This document shows positions 26,305 to 35,690 of a DNA stretch of 64,000 nt, piece by piece (position 1 is the first letter of the stretch; each line of letters opens with the position of its first letter). The notes beneath the pieces were generated by a model that worked only from the letters and a program-made list of their open reading frames with translations, was not told where the DNA came from and did no database searches. The DNA comes from Chloroflexota bacterium (GTDB taxonomy: Bacteria > Chloroflexota > Dehalococcoidia > Lucifugimonadales > UBA3495): NCBI GenBank assembly GCA_009840165.1, contig VXOG01000034.1, forward strand, positions 2,455 to 66,454. The letters are read 5' to 3'. The position numbers and the translations under genes are program-made.

Positions 26305-26865
26305 TTAAACGGGCAAAAACGGCTCGTCCGACTGCGGCGGAAGTTGCTCGAAGGCGTTGATGTTGAACGCCAGCACCGAGTAGTAGCCCATCAGGTTGGT
26401 CAACTCAATCAGGCCGCGGTCTCCGAACTCGGCGCGGGCGGCGTCGAAGGTCGCTTGGGACACCCGACGGGTGCGGAAAAACTCTCGCCCGTAGTTGATG
26501 ACGGCGGATTCGGCGGATGAGAGTTCCGGCAGGTCCTGCTTGTCGCGCAGGCTGTCCACCAGGGCGTCGCTGAGGCCGGCGCGGCGGCCGGCGGCGGCGT
26601 GGGCGTGCCAGATGAACTGGCAATCCAGCTCGCGGGCGGTGGTCAGCATGGCGAGTTCCGCTACGTTGTCGGATAGGGTCGAACCTCCGGCACGCAGATA
26701 GTCCCGCAGAACCTCGCCACGCTGGGCAATTTCCGGCACGTGCAGTTGCACGGCGACAGGCCCCATTTCGGGCACAACGTTGTTGCGGGAGGACACAATG
26801 GCGTCGAAAGCGGCTACCTGTTCCTGTGGTACTGAGTCTCGGCTGGCGGCTGGAAAGCGTGGCAT
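26305..26865 (-). CDS. Carboxymuconolactone decarboxylase (AhpD-like) family protein
   Basis: 186 aa. ...AELAMLTTARELDCQFIWHAHAAAGRRAG... Paralogue of 35754-36320. Confidence 0.8.
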   Translation of the reverse strand: MPRFPAASRDSVPQEQVAAFDAIVSSRNNVVPEMGPVAVQLHVPEIAQRGEVLRDYLRAGGSTLSDNVAELAMLTTARELDCQFIWHAHAAAGRRAGLSDALVDSLRDKQDLPELSSAESAVINYGREFFRTRRVSQATFDAARAEFGDRGLIELTNLMGYYSVLAFNINAFEQLPPQSDEPFLPV

Positions 26866-26902
26866 GGCTGGTTCTCCTGTTAGCTGCAGTTGGATGGGTA
26901 GG

Positions 26903-27913
26903 TTATTGGCAATTTGGAATCACTGCTTCGCCGAATAGCTGGATGGCCTCCATGATGCGCTCGTGGGGAGGCCCGCCGGAGTGAGCGTGCCGCAGGCGGA
27001 GCAAGAAGTATTCGGCGCCGGTCGCCTCGCTCCAGCGGTGGAACTCATCCACCACTTCCTGCGGTTCACCCAGAATCAGGCGGTCGGGGCCGAGGTTGTC
27101 GATGTTGATTTGGGACTCCTCGGTGTACCGGCGAAACTCGTTGAGGCCATTGCGCCAGTAATACTTGTAGGCATCAATGACCTCCGGCCCGTAAACTCGT
27201 TCCGCTTCCGCGCGGGTGGGCGCGACCCAGGCATCGCGCATCAGGCAGGTGACCGGCTCTCGACCGGCGTGTTCGGCAGCTTGCTGATACGCCGAAGTCA
27301 GCGTAACCGTACTCTCTAAGTCCGTGCTTGGCCCCGCCACAAATCCGTCGGCAATGCGGCCGGCCCGGCGCGCCCCTGGGACACGGCTGGCGCCAATCCA
27401 CAGCGGCGGCGACGGGTCGGAATAGGGCCGCGGTGTAATGGTAATATCTTCCAAGTTGAAATGCTCGCCCGAAAAATCGAACCGTTCACCCGACCAACAT
27501 TGCCGAATGATCTCTATCTCTTCCTCGAAGCGGCTCACCCGCTGATCGATGGGAATATCAAACGTTCGGAAGTCCACCGGCTGGTACCCCAGCCCTACGC
27601 CCAGGATGAAGCGGCCCCGCGAAACGATGTCCAGCGTTATGACATCCTCAGCCATCTTTACCGGATGATGCAGAGGCAACAGAATTACCGACGTGCCCAG
27701 GTTCAACGTGGTGGTTTGGGCAGCAACGGCGGCGGATACAATCAGCGGCGACGGCAGGAATCCATCCTTGTCCTGGTGATGCTCGCCGAAGAAGCACGAA
27801 TCGAACCCCACCGATTCGGCGAGTTTCGCCTCCTCCACTACTTCCTCGACCCGCAGGGCGAGGTTCTCACCGGCCGGCGGGTCTGCGATGGAACTGTATA
27901 TGCCAAACTTCAT
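26903..27913 (-). CDS. LLM-class flavin-dependent oxidoreductase
   Basis: MKFGIYSS... start preferred (track ORF extends to 27931). FFGEHH; MAEDVITLDIVSRGRFILGVGLGY. Confidence 0.85.
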   Translation of the reverse strand: MKFGIYSSIADPPAGENLALRVEEVVEEAKLAESVGFDSCFFGEHHQDKDGFLPSPLIVSAAVAAQTTTLNLGTSVILLPLHHPVKMAEDVITLDIVSRGRFILGVGLGYQPVDFRTFDIPIDQRVSRFEEEIEIIRQCWSGERFDFSGEHFNLEDITITPRPYSDPSPPLWIGASRVPGARRAGRIADGFVAGPSTDLESTVTLTSAYQQAAEHAGREPVTCLMRDAWVAPTRAEAERVYGPEVIDAYKYYWRNGLNEFRRYTEESQINIDNLGPDRLILGEPQEVVDEFHRWSEATGAEYFLLRLRHAHSGGPPHERIMEAIQLFGEAVIPNCQ

Positions 27914-27939
27914 AGGTAAATCCTCTATCAACTTATCGG

Positions 27940-28473
27940 CTATTGCGGATTCCGGCCATTCTGGATAATTGCATCAGTGAGCCTGTTCAACGCTTCCAAA
28001 AATGCCTGACGCTCCACTGCGGCCTGTCGGCGTTCTTCGATAGCGCGTTCTTCAGCTTGGCGGCGTTCTTCGATGGCGCGTTCCTCAGCTTGACGGCGTT
28101 CCTCGACGATCTGGCGGCGCTGCTCCGCCGCCTCCTCCAGAAACGCCTTCATCATCTCCATCATCTGGTCGTTGCGCTGCCTTTCCTGATTGGTGCGCCG
28201 TCTTTCTTGCAGAAACAGCATGATGTCAGAACCTCCCGTAATGGTGATGGCGATACCGGAATGGACGATGCAATCGCGCAATACGGCAGTTGATACGTAG
28301 CTCGAGAGCCAGGCAGGCCGGCACATTAGCTCAATCGCGTTTTCCGGTGTGCAAGGTATGGTGGTGTAGAACCAAACCAGCCAAGTGGCGGCTGCCATCA
28401 GAGTTCCGGCGAGCAAGGGAGCCCACAGGGCAAGCGCCAATGTTTTGACTCCCGACCCCATTATAGCCGCCAC
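27940..28473 (-). CDS. Hypothetical membrane-anchored protein with a charged coiled-coil tail
   Basis: 177 aa. Hydrophobic N-terminal half, then ...GGSDIMLFLQERRRTNQERQR... and the repeated EERRQAEERAIE. Resembles 38810-39319. Confidence 0.5.
   Translation of the reverse strand: MAAIMGSGVKTLALALWAPLLAGTLMAAATWLVWFYTTIPCTPENAIELMCRPAWLSSYVSTAVLRDCIVHSGIAITITGGSDIMLFLQERRRTNQERQRNDQMMEMMKAFLEEAAEQRRQIVEERRQAEERAIEERRQAEERAIEERRQAAVERQAFLEALNRLTDAIIQNGRNPQ
28028..28110. repeat. 33-bp tandem repeat, about 2.5 copies with 3 mismatches, inside the coiled-coil gene
   Basis: cggcgttcttcgatagcgcgttcttcagcttgg at 28028-28060, a near-identical copy at 28061-28093, then a partial copy. Confidence 0.85.
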
Positions 28474-28486
28474 CGCCGACTGTACG

Positions 28487-29461
28487 TTACTTGAATTGCG
28501 TCAGCACCCGGTTGGAAAACATCTCCATCTGCCGGAAGTAGTCATCCGTATTTCCCGCCAGGAATCCGAACACGAAATCCCGAACGCCGGCATCAATGCG
28601 CTCCTGAATCGCCCCCACGCAATCCTCGGCGTTCCCGGTAACGCAGAGCGCCCGGGCGATGTCCTCGGCGCTGCGGTCCGGAGTGACGTAGCGTTGTCCG
28701 ATGTGGGCAACGGCGGTTTCCAGAGCCTTGTCGGGGTCATCGTCAATGGCGGTGGGCTGATTCAGCCCCCAATTGAAGCCGCTGAGGTCGCGGCCCGAGT
28801 GTTCGGCCATCTCGCGCACGCTGGCGTTAGACCGCCGGATCCGGTTTACGGTGAACAGGTACGGGTACCACCCATCGCCGGCTATCGCCGCCCGGCGTAT
28901 TGCCGCGTCGCTGCGACCGGCCACCCAGATTGGCGGGTAAGGTTGCTGCATCGGCTTTGGCAACAGCGTTACGTCGTCGAAATTGAAAAACCGCCCGTGA
29001 TGGGAAACTTTCTCGGAGGTCCACAGGTCCTTCATCACCCGCAACATCTCGTCGGTGCGGCGACCACGCGTGTTAACCGGAATTTCCAGCGCCTCAAACT
29101 CGGCACGGGTATCCCGCTGGCCACTGATCCCGATGCCGAAATCCAGTCGTCCATCGGAGATTTGGTCCAGGATCGACACCATTTTCGCCAGCATCACCGG
29201 ATGATACAGCGGAGCGATTACGATTCCGGTCAGCACCCGTATGGTGGACGTAGCCCCCGCCGCCGCCGCCATCGCCGGTATGCCCATCATCGTGGGACGC
29301 GGCGGGTTCCCGTCCATGATATGCTCGCCGACGGTGACCCGGTCGAAACCCAGAGCCTCCGCCCGCCGTGCAAATTCTCCTACATCCCAGTACTCATCAA
29401 CAGTGAGATTGCAACCGAATGTGATTGTGCCTTCAGGCATTCTTCTTACCTTCCCTGTCAT
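28487..29461 (-). CDS. LLM-class F420-dependent oxidoreductase
   Basis: 324 aa. ...FDRVTVGEHI..., LAKMVSILDQISDGRLDFGIGISG. Confidence 0.85.
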   Translation of the reverse strand: MTGKVRRMPEGTITFGCNLTVDEYWDVGEFARRAEALGFDRVTVGEHIMDGNPPRPTMMGIPAMAAAAGATSTIRVLTGIVIAPLYHPVMLAKMVSILDQISDGRLDFGIGISGQRDTRAEFEALEIPVNTRGRRTDEMLRVMKDLWTSEKVSHHGRFFNFDDVTLLPKPMQQPYPPIWVAGRSDAAIRRAAIAGDGWYPYLFTVNRIRRSNASVREMAEHSGRDLSGFNWGLNQPTAIDDDPDKALETAVAHIGQRYVTPDRSAEDIARALCVTGNAEDCVGAIQERIDAGVRDFVFGFLAGNTDDYFRQMEMFSNRVLTQFK

Positions 29462-29470
29462 TTCGTTGCG

Positions 29471-30061
29471 TTATTGGGCAAGCATCTCTTCCGTAATCTC
29501 GGCCAATTTCTCGCCGTTCAAAACACCCTGCCATTTGCGGTGCAGGCTGCCATCCTCGTTGATAAAGAACGTCGCCGGCAACCCGGTCACACCCAACTCC
29601 GGCAGCACTCCGGCGTCGTCGGTATAGCCGGCCGGATACGTTACTGACAGCTCGTTCAGCAGTTGCAGGGCGTTCTCCTGGCTGCCCAGGCTGAAAAACT
29701 GTCCCAGATCCACGCCAATTACCAGCGTTCGGCCCGCGTATTCGTCGGCAAAGTGCTGAAACTCCGGCATCTCCGCACGACAGGGCGGACACAGTCCCGC
29801 CCAAAAATTCAGTACAACCGGTTGTCCCTGCAAATCAGACAACAATAGAGTCTCTCCTCCGACGACATCCTGACCCTGGTAAAAATTAATCGGGAAGTCA
29901 TAGATGGCATTCGCCGCAGGGTTGGCCACTGTCGAGGCGCCTGATTCGGAGCCACAGGCGCTTGTTCCAAAAACCAAAAGCGTGACAGCAACCGCCACTA
30001 CCAAACTCACCGCCGGAAAGGTGGCGCGCGCATCGCGTAGAGAGTGCAACATGCTTTTCAT
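29471..30061 (-). CDS. TlpA-like thiol:disulfide oxidoreductase (thioredoxin fold), secreted or anchored
   Basis: Signal peptide/TM; WAGLCPPCRAEMP CxxC motif. Confidence 0.85.
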   Translation of the reverse strand: MKSMLHSLRDARATFPAVSLVVAVAVTLLVFGTSACGSESGASTVANPAANAIYDFPINFYQGQDVVGGETLLLSDLQGQPVVLNFWAGLCPPCRAEMPEFQHFADEYAGRTLVIGVDLGQFFSLGSQENALQLLNELSVTYPAGYTDDAGVLPELGVTGLPATFFINEDGSLHRKWQGVLNGEKLAEITEEMLAQ

Positions 30062-30152
30062 CGCGGGCAGATTAGCATAGGCGCCGGGGATTGTTAAGCA
30101 ATCTCAATCCTGATAGTCTGGCACGGTATTCGTTCCGGATCATACGGTAGCC

Positions 30153-31310
30153 ATGCCAGAATTGACACCCCGCGCCCAACGTCGTCTGCGATTGTCATTG
30201 TCGGTGTTGCTCGCGGTCGCTTTGGTAGTCATTGTTTGGCAACTGCTCAGCATACTGCTGCCCTTTTTACTCAGCGCGGTCATTGCGTATCTCCTGCTTC
30301 CCCTGGTCAAGCTGGGCGACCGGGTTCCTCTGGCGCAGCGATGGCCCGGTGCGGTTCGCGCAGCCACGGCAGGTTTCGCCACCCTGGCAGTAATCTTGGC
30401 GGTGGTCCTCGTGCTGGCGCTAGGCGCGTTCCGACTGGTCGATGGCTCGATGACGCTGGCCGAACGCGCCCCGGGCATTATCGCCGAAGGCGAGGCCGTT
30501 TGGGAGGAAGTACAGTACCTGTACCGCAATCGCGTGCCCGCGAACATCCAGGAAATTGTCGATCCTCGGCTAACTGAAATGCGGGCGGCGCTGTTCAACG
30601 CCTCCATCGCCGCGCTGCAAAGGGTGTCCCGCGTGGCCCAAAGCGGTATATCCCAGGTGGTTGGGTTGGCGGCCTCTCCGATCATACTGTTCTACCTGCT
30701 ATTCCAGCCGGAAACAATCGGCGCCGGCGTGAGGAGGATTTTACCCGGCCCGTTACGGGAAGACCTGACGGAAATAGGAAGGCTGGCCGGCGAGTCCATC
30801 GGCGCCTATATCCGTATGCAGCTTTTCTTGGGCGCGATGGTCGGCGTGGTGGTATCGCTGTCTCTATGGGTTTTGGGGGTTCCGCTGGCGCTTCCGCTTG
30901 GTCTGCTGGCCGGCCTGTCAGAGTTGGTGCCAATAGTCGGGCCGATTATGTTTGTGGTCACAGCCAGCATCGTGATCGCGCTGGTGGATTTCACCAAGCT
31001 CCCGTTCGTTCTGGGCGTGTATTTGATCGTGCAAGTTCTACAGAATACCCTGGTCACGCCACGGATGCAGGGGCAAGCGTTGGGATTGCATCCCCTGGCC
31101 GTAATCCTGGCGCTGGCGATATTCGGCCTCTTATTCGGGTTCCTGGGGACCCTGCTGGCCGCGCCGCTAACCGCCGCCGGCTACCGGGTTTTAACTTACA
31201 CCCGCCGAGAATGGGCATCGGCAAGTATAGTCCGACTTGAGGATGACACGTTGGTTGTCATGGCGAACGATGAATCTAACGGGTCGGGTGACGCTCCGGG
31301 CGGCGCGTAG
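30153..31310 (+). CDS. AI-2E family transporter (PerM/UPF0118)
   Basis: 385 aa, multi-TM. ...LSELVPIVGPIM... family motif. Confidence 0.85.
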   Translation: MPELTPRAQRRLRLSLSVLLAVALVVIVWQLLSILLPFLLSAVIAYLLLPLVKLGDRVPLAQRWPGAVRAATAGFATLAVILAVVLVLALGAFRLVDGSMTLAERAPGIIAEGEAVWEEVQYLYRNRVPANIQEIVDPRLTEMRAALFNASIAALQRVSRVAQSGISQVVGLAASPIILFYLLFQPETIGAGVRRILPGPLREDLTEIGRLAGESIGAYIRMQLFLGAMVGVVVSLSLWVLGVPLALPLGLLAGLSELVPIVGPIMFVVTASIVIALVDFTKLPFVLGVYLIVQVLQNTLVTPRMQGQALGLHPLAVILALAIFGLLFGFLGTLLAAPLTAAGYRVLTYTRREWASASIVRLEDDTLVVMANDESNGSGDAPGGA

Positions 31311-31381
31311 TCTATTCGTACTGCTTGGTGTACAATCGGGACGATTATGGACACCACGCTGCCGCAACAGGGGGACTTCCG

Positions 31382-32683
31382 ATGCGCATTCTGCTGATTG
31401 CCACCAATCGCCACAACCGGGTCATGAGCCGTATGCGCGCCCAGCCCATCCCGATCGGACTCGCCTACGTCGCCGGACATATCGACCGCTCACGCCACGA
31501 GGTCAAGTTGGTTGACTTGATGTTCGCCAGCGAGAACTATCTGGATGAAATCGAGCAAACGGTGCGGGACTTCAACCCCGAACTGGTCGGAATCTCCATA
31601 CGCAACCTGAGCAATCACAGCTACGTGGACCCGCAGTGGCAGTTGCCCATCACAAAGAGCGTGATCGAGCGCGTCCGTTCCGTTTCCGATGCGACCATCG
31701 TGTGCGGAGGGCCGGCGTTCAGTATCATGCCCACGCAGGTCTTTGAATACGTGCAGCCCGACTTTGGCTTGGCGGGCGACGCCGGTGAAAGTTTCGCCGA
31801 CCTCGCCGGCCGTATCGAAATTGGCGAGCCCGACTACCGGGGCATGACCGGACTGCTGTACCGCGAAAACGGCGAGTTGGTTTACAACGGGATGCGCTGC
31901 TCGTCCGATTTCATCGAACGTCCAAGCCTTGACGACCTGGACATGCCCAAATACGCCAAGGCGGGATTTGGCGTCAGCGTCCTCACCAAGCTGGGCGGAT
32001 TTTACTATCCCACCTCCGCCGACGACATCCGCACGCCCGAAGGCGCCTGGCGCGTCATTCGCCCCATCGACGAGGTTGTTGAGGAAGTCGCGGAGGTAAC
32101 CGAGCGGTACGGGCTGAAGAAGATATTCTTCGTGGACAACTGCTTCAACGTACCTCTGGAGCACGCCAAAGAGTTGTGCAACGCGCTCATGGAAGCCGAG
32201 GTCAAGGTACGCTGGAACACCTGCCTGGCGCCCTACGCCTGCGACGCCGAACTGATCGGCTTGATGAAGCAGGCGGGTTGCGGGCTGGTGATGATGGGCG
32301 GAACTCGCGGCGGCGACCCCCACGAAGGCGACAACGACACCTCACGGTACTCATCCCTGAAGGAAACCACCGACCTGTGCGAAGCCGGCGACCTGCACTA
32401 CACCATCTCGCAGCAATTCGGCGAGCCAGGCGAAACCCGCCAGTCCGTCGAGAACAAGTTGGAGTTCCTGCGTGGCCTGAAGCCGTCGCTGGCCAACCTC
32501 CGCGTCGGCGTCAGCGTCATGCCGGGCACCGACGTGGCAACGCGCTGCATTGATGAAGGCATCATCGCCGACGAGTCCGAATTGATCGCGCCAACCTTCT
32601 ACATGGCGGAAGCAGTGCGCCCCTGGCTCGTCGATTACCTCCGCGAACTGGTGGACGCCAACCCCCGCTGGAACCTGATGTAG
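31382..32683 (+). CDS. B12-binding-domain / radical-SAM-like protein lacking the CxxxCxxC cluster motif
   Basis: MRILLIATNRHN...PIGLAYVAGHI...LVGISIRN...IVCGGP is the class-B radical-SAM N-terminal domain. Where RGCxxxCxxC is expected the sequence reads TKLGGFYYPTSADD. None of the 9 Cys form CxxxCxxC. Confidence 0.8.
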   Translation: MRILLIATNRHNRVMSRMRAQPIPIGLAYVAGHIDRSRHEVKLVDLMFASENYLDEIEQTVRDFNPELVGISIRNLSNHSYVDPQWQLPITKSVIERVRSVSDATIVCGGPAFSIMPTQVFEYVQPDFGLAGDAGESFADLAGRIEIGEPDYRGMTGLLYRENGELVYNGMRCSSDFIERPSLDDLDMPKYAKAGFGVSVLTKLGGFYYPTSADDIRTPEGAWRVIRPIDEVVEEVAEVTERYGLKKIFFVDNCFNVPLEHAKELCNALMEAEVKVRWNTCLAPYACDAELIGLMKQAGCGLVMMGGTRGGDPHEGDNDTSRYSSLKETTDLCEAGDLHYTISQQFGEPGETRQSVENKLEFLRGLKPSLANLRVGVSVMPGTDVATRCIDEGIIADESELIAPTFYMAEAVRPWLVDYLRELVDANPRWNLM

Positions 32684-32696
32684 AGCATAGGTTGCC

Positions 32697-32864
32697 ATGC
32701 ACAAGTCGCTAATTCTTGCCGGCATATTGGTAGTAGTTGCTGCTGCCGTCAGCTACCCATTCTGGCCCGATACCGTGACCGCGGGGCCGCTGGGAGCAAG
32801 CCTTTTGATGGGTGGATCCGGGGTTGCGATTATTGCCGCAGGCGCTTACGCGATTGCAAAATGA
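32697..32864 (+). CDS. Hypothetical 55-aa membrane protein (below the ORF-track size cutoff)
   Basis: ATG 32697, 14 nt after the previous stop: MHKSLILAGILVVVAAAVSYPFWPD...GGSGVAIIAAGAYAIAK. Its stop overlaps the next start (ATGA). Confidence 0.4.
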   Translation: MHKSLILAGILVVVAAAVSYPFWPDTVTAGPLGASLLMGGSGVAIIAAGAYAIAK

Positions 32865-33169
32865 TGCGAAATTGGCTGCTAGCAAGCATCCTGATCGCTG
32901 CCTTCCCAGTGCTGACTTGGCAATTGCTCTTGAGAGGTTACGCCGACGTTTTGGCTGGCCTGCTCGCAGTGCTCATGGCCACATCCGGCATTTGGCTATC
33001 CGCAAAGGGTATGACCCAACTGAAACAGCATGAAACCGAACCCATTTCGGATAGGGCGCTGGAAACCGCTTACCGCTACCGCAACGCTGGTTTAGCTTTT
33101 GGCCTGACCGGTTCCGGTCCACTGGTATTATCATGGGAAACATTCCTGGGCCGTTTTATCAGGGCTTGA
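32861..33169 (+). CDS. Hypothetical 102-aa membrane protein
   Basis: Two to three hydrophobic helices. Translationally coupled to the preceding sORF. Confidence 0.5.
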   Translation: MMRNWLLASILIAAFPVLTWQLLLRGYADVLAGLLAVLMATSGIWLSAKGMTQLKQHETEPISDRALETAYRYRNAGLAFGLTGSGPLVLSWETFLGRFIRA

Positions 33170-33197
33170 CCATTTCAGAGTGCAAAGGAAAACGACG

Positions 33198-34649
33198 ATG
33201 ACCTTGACCAACCAGGCGTTGGCAGACGCCGGCAGAATTACAGTCACGGATTCCGAAACCGCGCGCATCGCTCATCTGCTGCGACGCGCCGGCTTTGCCC
33301 CCACTCGCGCCGAAATCGACCGGGCGGTTGCCCAAGGCTACGAAGCCACCGTTGAGGAGCTGCTGCATCCCGAGCTACAGCCGGATCTGGAGATCGAAGA
33401 CCTCATCCGTCGCTACCACACCGACCAGAACAGCCTGATGCTGCTGGAGAGTAGCCAGGGCTATTGGCTGTATCGCATCATCAATTCCCGCCGCCCGCTC
33501 GAAGAGAAAATGGCCCTGTTCTGGCACGGCCTGTTCGCCACCGCCTACGGCAAGCTCAACCACGCCAAAGCCGTGGTCAACCAGACCCATACTTTCCGGC
33601 GGCACGGGCTGGCCAAGTTTGCCGACATCCTTTTGGAGCTCTCCAGCGACCCGGCTATGATCTTCTGGCTGGACAACAAGGACAACCATAAGGACGCCCC
33701 CAACGAGAACTACGGGCGCGAATTGCTCGAACTGTTCTCCATGGGGATCGGCAACTACACCGAGGACGACGTGAAGGCCGCCGCCCGGTCGTTCACCGGG
33801 TGGACGATTGACAACGCGGAGTACATGAGCATCCGCGCCAGCCGGGACTCCTTCTGGCCGTATGGACGCATTGACTGGCAGTTCCGCTACCGTGACGACG
33901 ACCATGACGATACGGAAAAAACTTTCCTTGGCCACACCGGAACCTTCAACGGACAGGAAGTTATCGACATCATCGTTCGTCACCCCGCGACTGCTCACTA
34001 CATCGCAAGCAAGCTCTACAACTTCTTCGTGTCCGACCGACCGGACGAAGACGCTACCGGCATCCTGGCCAATGAATTCGCCCGCAGCGGAGGTGATATA
34101 CGGTCGGTCATGCGCTGTTTGCTCCTGTCCGATTTCTTCTCGGACGAGTCAGTCCGCCTGGGACGGGTCAAAAGCCCCGCCGAACTGGTTGGAGGCACGG
34201 CCCGTCTGGCCGGCAGCCACCGCACGCCGGAATGGACCATTTGCAACCTGGCGATGGACGTCAACTTCATGGGCCAGGAAATCCTCAACCCACCCACCGT
34301 TGAAGGTTGGCACACCGGCGTGGAATGGATTGATACCGGCAACCTGGTGGAGCGAATCAACGCCGCCGGTGCGGAGATGCGCGATATGACCCGGCCGGGG
34401 GTGTCCGCAATTGTGAATCGAGTGCTGTCAGCCGGGGATGTCCTGTCGCCACGTGAACTGACGGAAGCCTGCCTCGACGCGGTGGGGATGTTTGAGGTCT
34501 CGGAGACCACCCTGGACAGTCTCATCTCGCTGGCCACGCCATGGGGAGAAATTCGTTTCGACCAGGATGACACCGTCGCCTGCTCGAAAGAACGGATAGT
34601 TGAAATGTTGCAGCTAATCGTCGCCTCCAGGGAGTACCAACTCGCATGA
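33198..34649 (+). CDS. DUF1800 domain protein
   Basis: ...AHLLRRAGFAPTRAEID..., MALFWHGLFAT, YGRELLELFSMG, PPTVEGWHTG: hallmark DUF1800 blocks. No signal peptide. ATG 33198 preferred over GTG 33180. Confidence 0.8.
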   Translation: MTLTNQALADAGRITVTDSETARIAHLLRRAGFAPTRAEIDRAVAQGYEATVEELLHPELQPDLEIEDLIRRYHTDQNSLMLLESSQGYWLYRIINSRRPLEEKMALFWHGLFATAYGKLNHAKAVVNQTHTFRRHGLAKFADILLELSSDPAMIFWLDNKDNHKDAPNENYGRELLELFSMGIGNYTEDDVKAAARSFTGWTIDNAEYMSIRASRDSFWPYGRIDWQFRYRDDDHDDTEKTFLGHTGTFNGQEVIDIIVRHPATAHYIASKLYNFFVSDRPDEDATGILANEFARSGGDIRSVMRCLLLSDFFSDESVRLGRVKSPAELVGGTARLAGSHRTPEWTICNLAMDVNFMGQEILNPPTVEGWHTGVEWIDTGNLVERINAAGAEMRDMTRPGVSAIVNRVLSAGDVLSPRELTEACLDAVGMFEVSETTLDSLISLATPWGEIRFDQDDTVACSKERIVEMLQLIVASREYQLA

Positions 34650-35668
34650 CCACAACGACAGCGAGATTCGAGTACAGCCACACGGTAGGCTTTCTCGCCT
34701 ACCGGGGACGCGGCTTCATCCATCCCATCGCCATCACGCTGGGGCACGACGGCGTGATGTATGTCCTGAATCGGGGCGGCCCCGAATCCGTCGGACGCCT
34801 GGAACACAAGCGCGTGTGCGTCTGCACAGTTGACGAGGGCTATATCGGCGAATGGGGAACCGGCGGAACCGAAGATGGGCAGTTCTGGTGGCCCAGCGAC
34901 ATCGCCCGCGCTGCCGACGGCCGAATCTTCGTTACCGACGAGGCGTTGCAACGAGTCAATATATTCGACCCGACCGGGAATTTTATCCGACACTGGGGCG
35001 ATGTTGGCGACTCGCCTGGTCAATTCAACCGACCCGCTGGGATAACTGCGGCCCCCGACGGAACGCTGCTGATCAGCGACGGCCTGAATCATCGCATCCA
35101 GCGATTCACCACCGAAGGAGATTTCTTGGACGGCTGGGGCCAGTATGGCGCCCAATCCGGACAGTTCAACACTCCGTGGGGTCTGACGTGCGATGCCGAT
35201 GGAAACGTCTTCGTCGCGGACTGGCGCAACGACCGCGTCCAGGCGTTCACCCCCAACGGCCGCTTTATCGGCCAGTGGGGAACCAGCGGAGATGGCAAAA
35301 GCCAGCTGAATCGTCCCGCATCGGTAGCGGTGGACGCAGAGGGACATATCTACGTCGCCGACTGGGGCAACGAGCGGGTGCAGATTTTCGCGCCGGATGG
35401 GGAAGTGGCCGGCATCCTGCTGGGCGACGCCACGGTATCCACGTGGGCAGCAGATTACCTGGCGGCAAACCCCGACGAGCAGCGGGCCAGGACTGAAGCG
35501 AACCTCGCGCCGGCGGTGGACCCGTGGCGCGACCATCACCGGGAGACTTCCGCCAGGATCGAATCGCGGTTCTGGGGCCCGACCTCCGTGGCCGTAGATT
35601 CGGAGGGCCGCATCTACGTGGTGGACTCATGCCGCCACCGAGTGCAGATTTATCGCAAGTCGGTTTAA
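34646..35668 (+). CDS. NHL-repeat six-bladed beta-propeller protein, no signal peptide
   Basis: Repeated ...G.FN.P.G(I/L/V)..D..G...V.D..N.R(V/I)Q.F... units, about six in total. ATGA overlap with the DUF1800 stop. Confidence 0.85.
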   Translation: MTTTTARFEYSHTVGFLAYRGRGFIHPIAITLGHDGVMYVLNRGGPESVGRLEHKRVCVCTVDEGYIGEWGTGGTEDGQFWWPSDIARAADGRIFVTDEALQRVNIFDPTGNFIRHWGDVGDSPGQFNRPAGITAAPDGTLLISDGLNHRIQRFTTEGDFLDGWGQYGAQSGQFNTPWGLTCDADGNVFVADWRNDRVQAFTPNGRFIGQWGTSGDGKSQLNRPASVAVDAEGHIYVADWGNERVQIFAPDGEVAGILLGDATVSTWAADYLAANPDEQRARTEANLAPAVDPWRDHHRETSARIESRFWGPTSVAVDSEGRIYVVDSCRHRVQIYRKSV

Positions 35669-35690
35669 TAGCGTGCCGGAAACAATCGGG

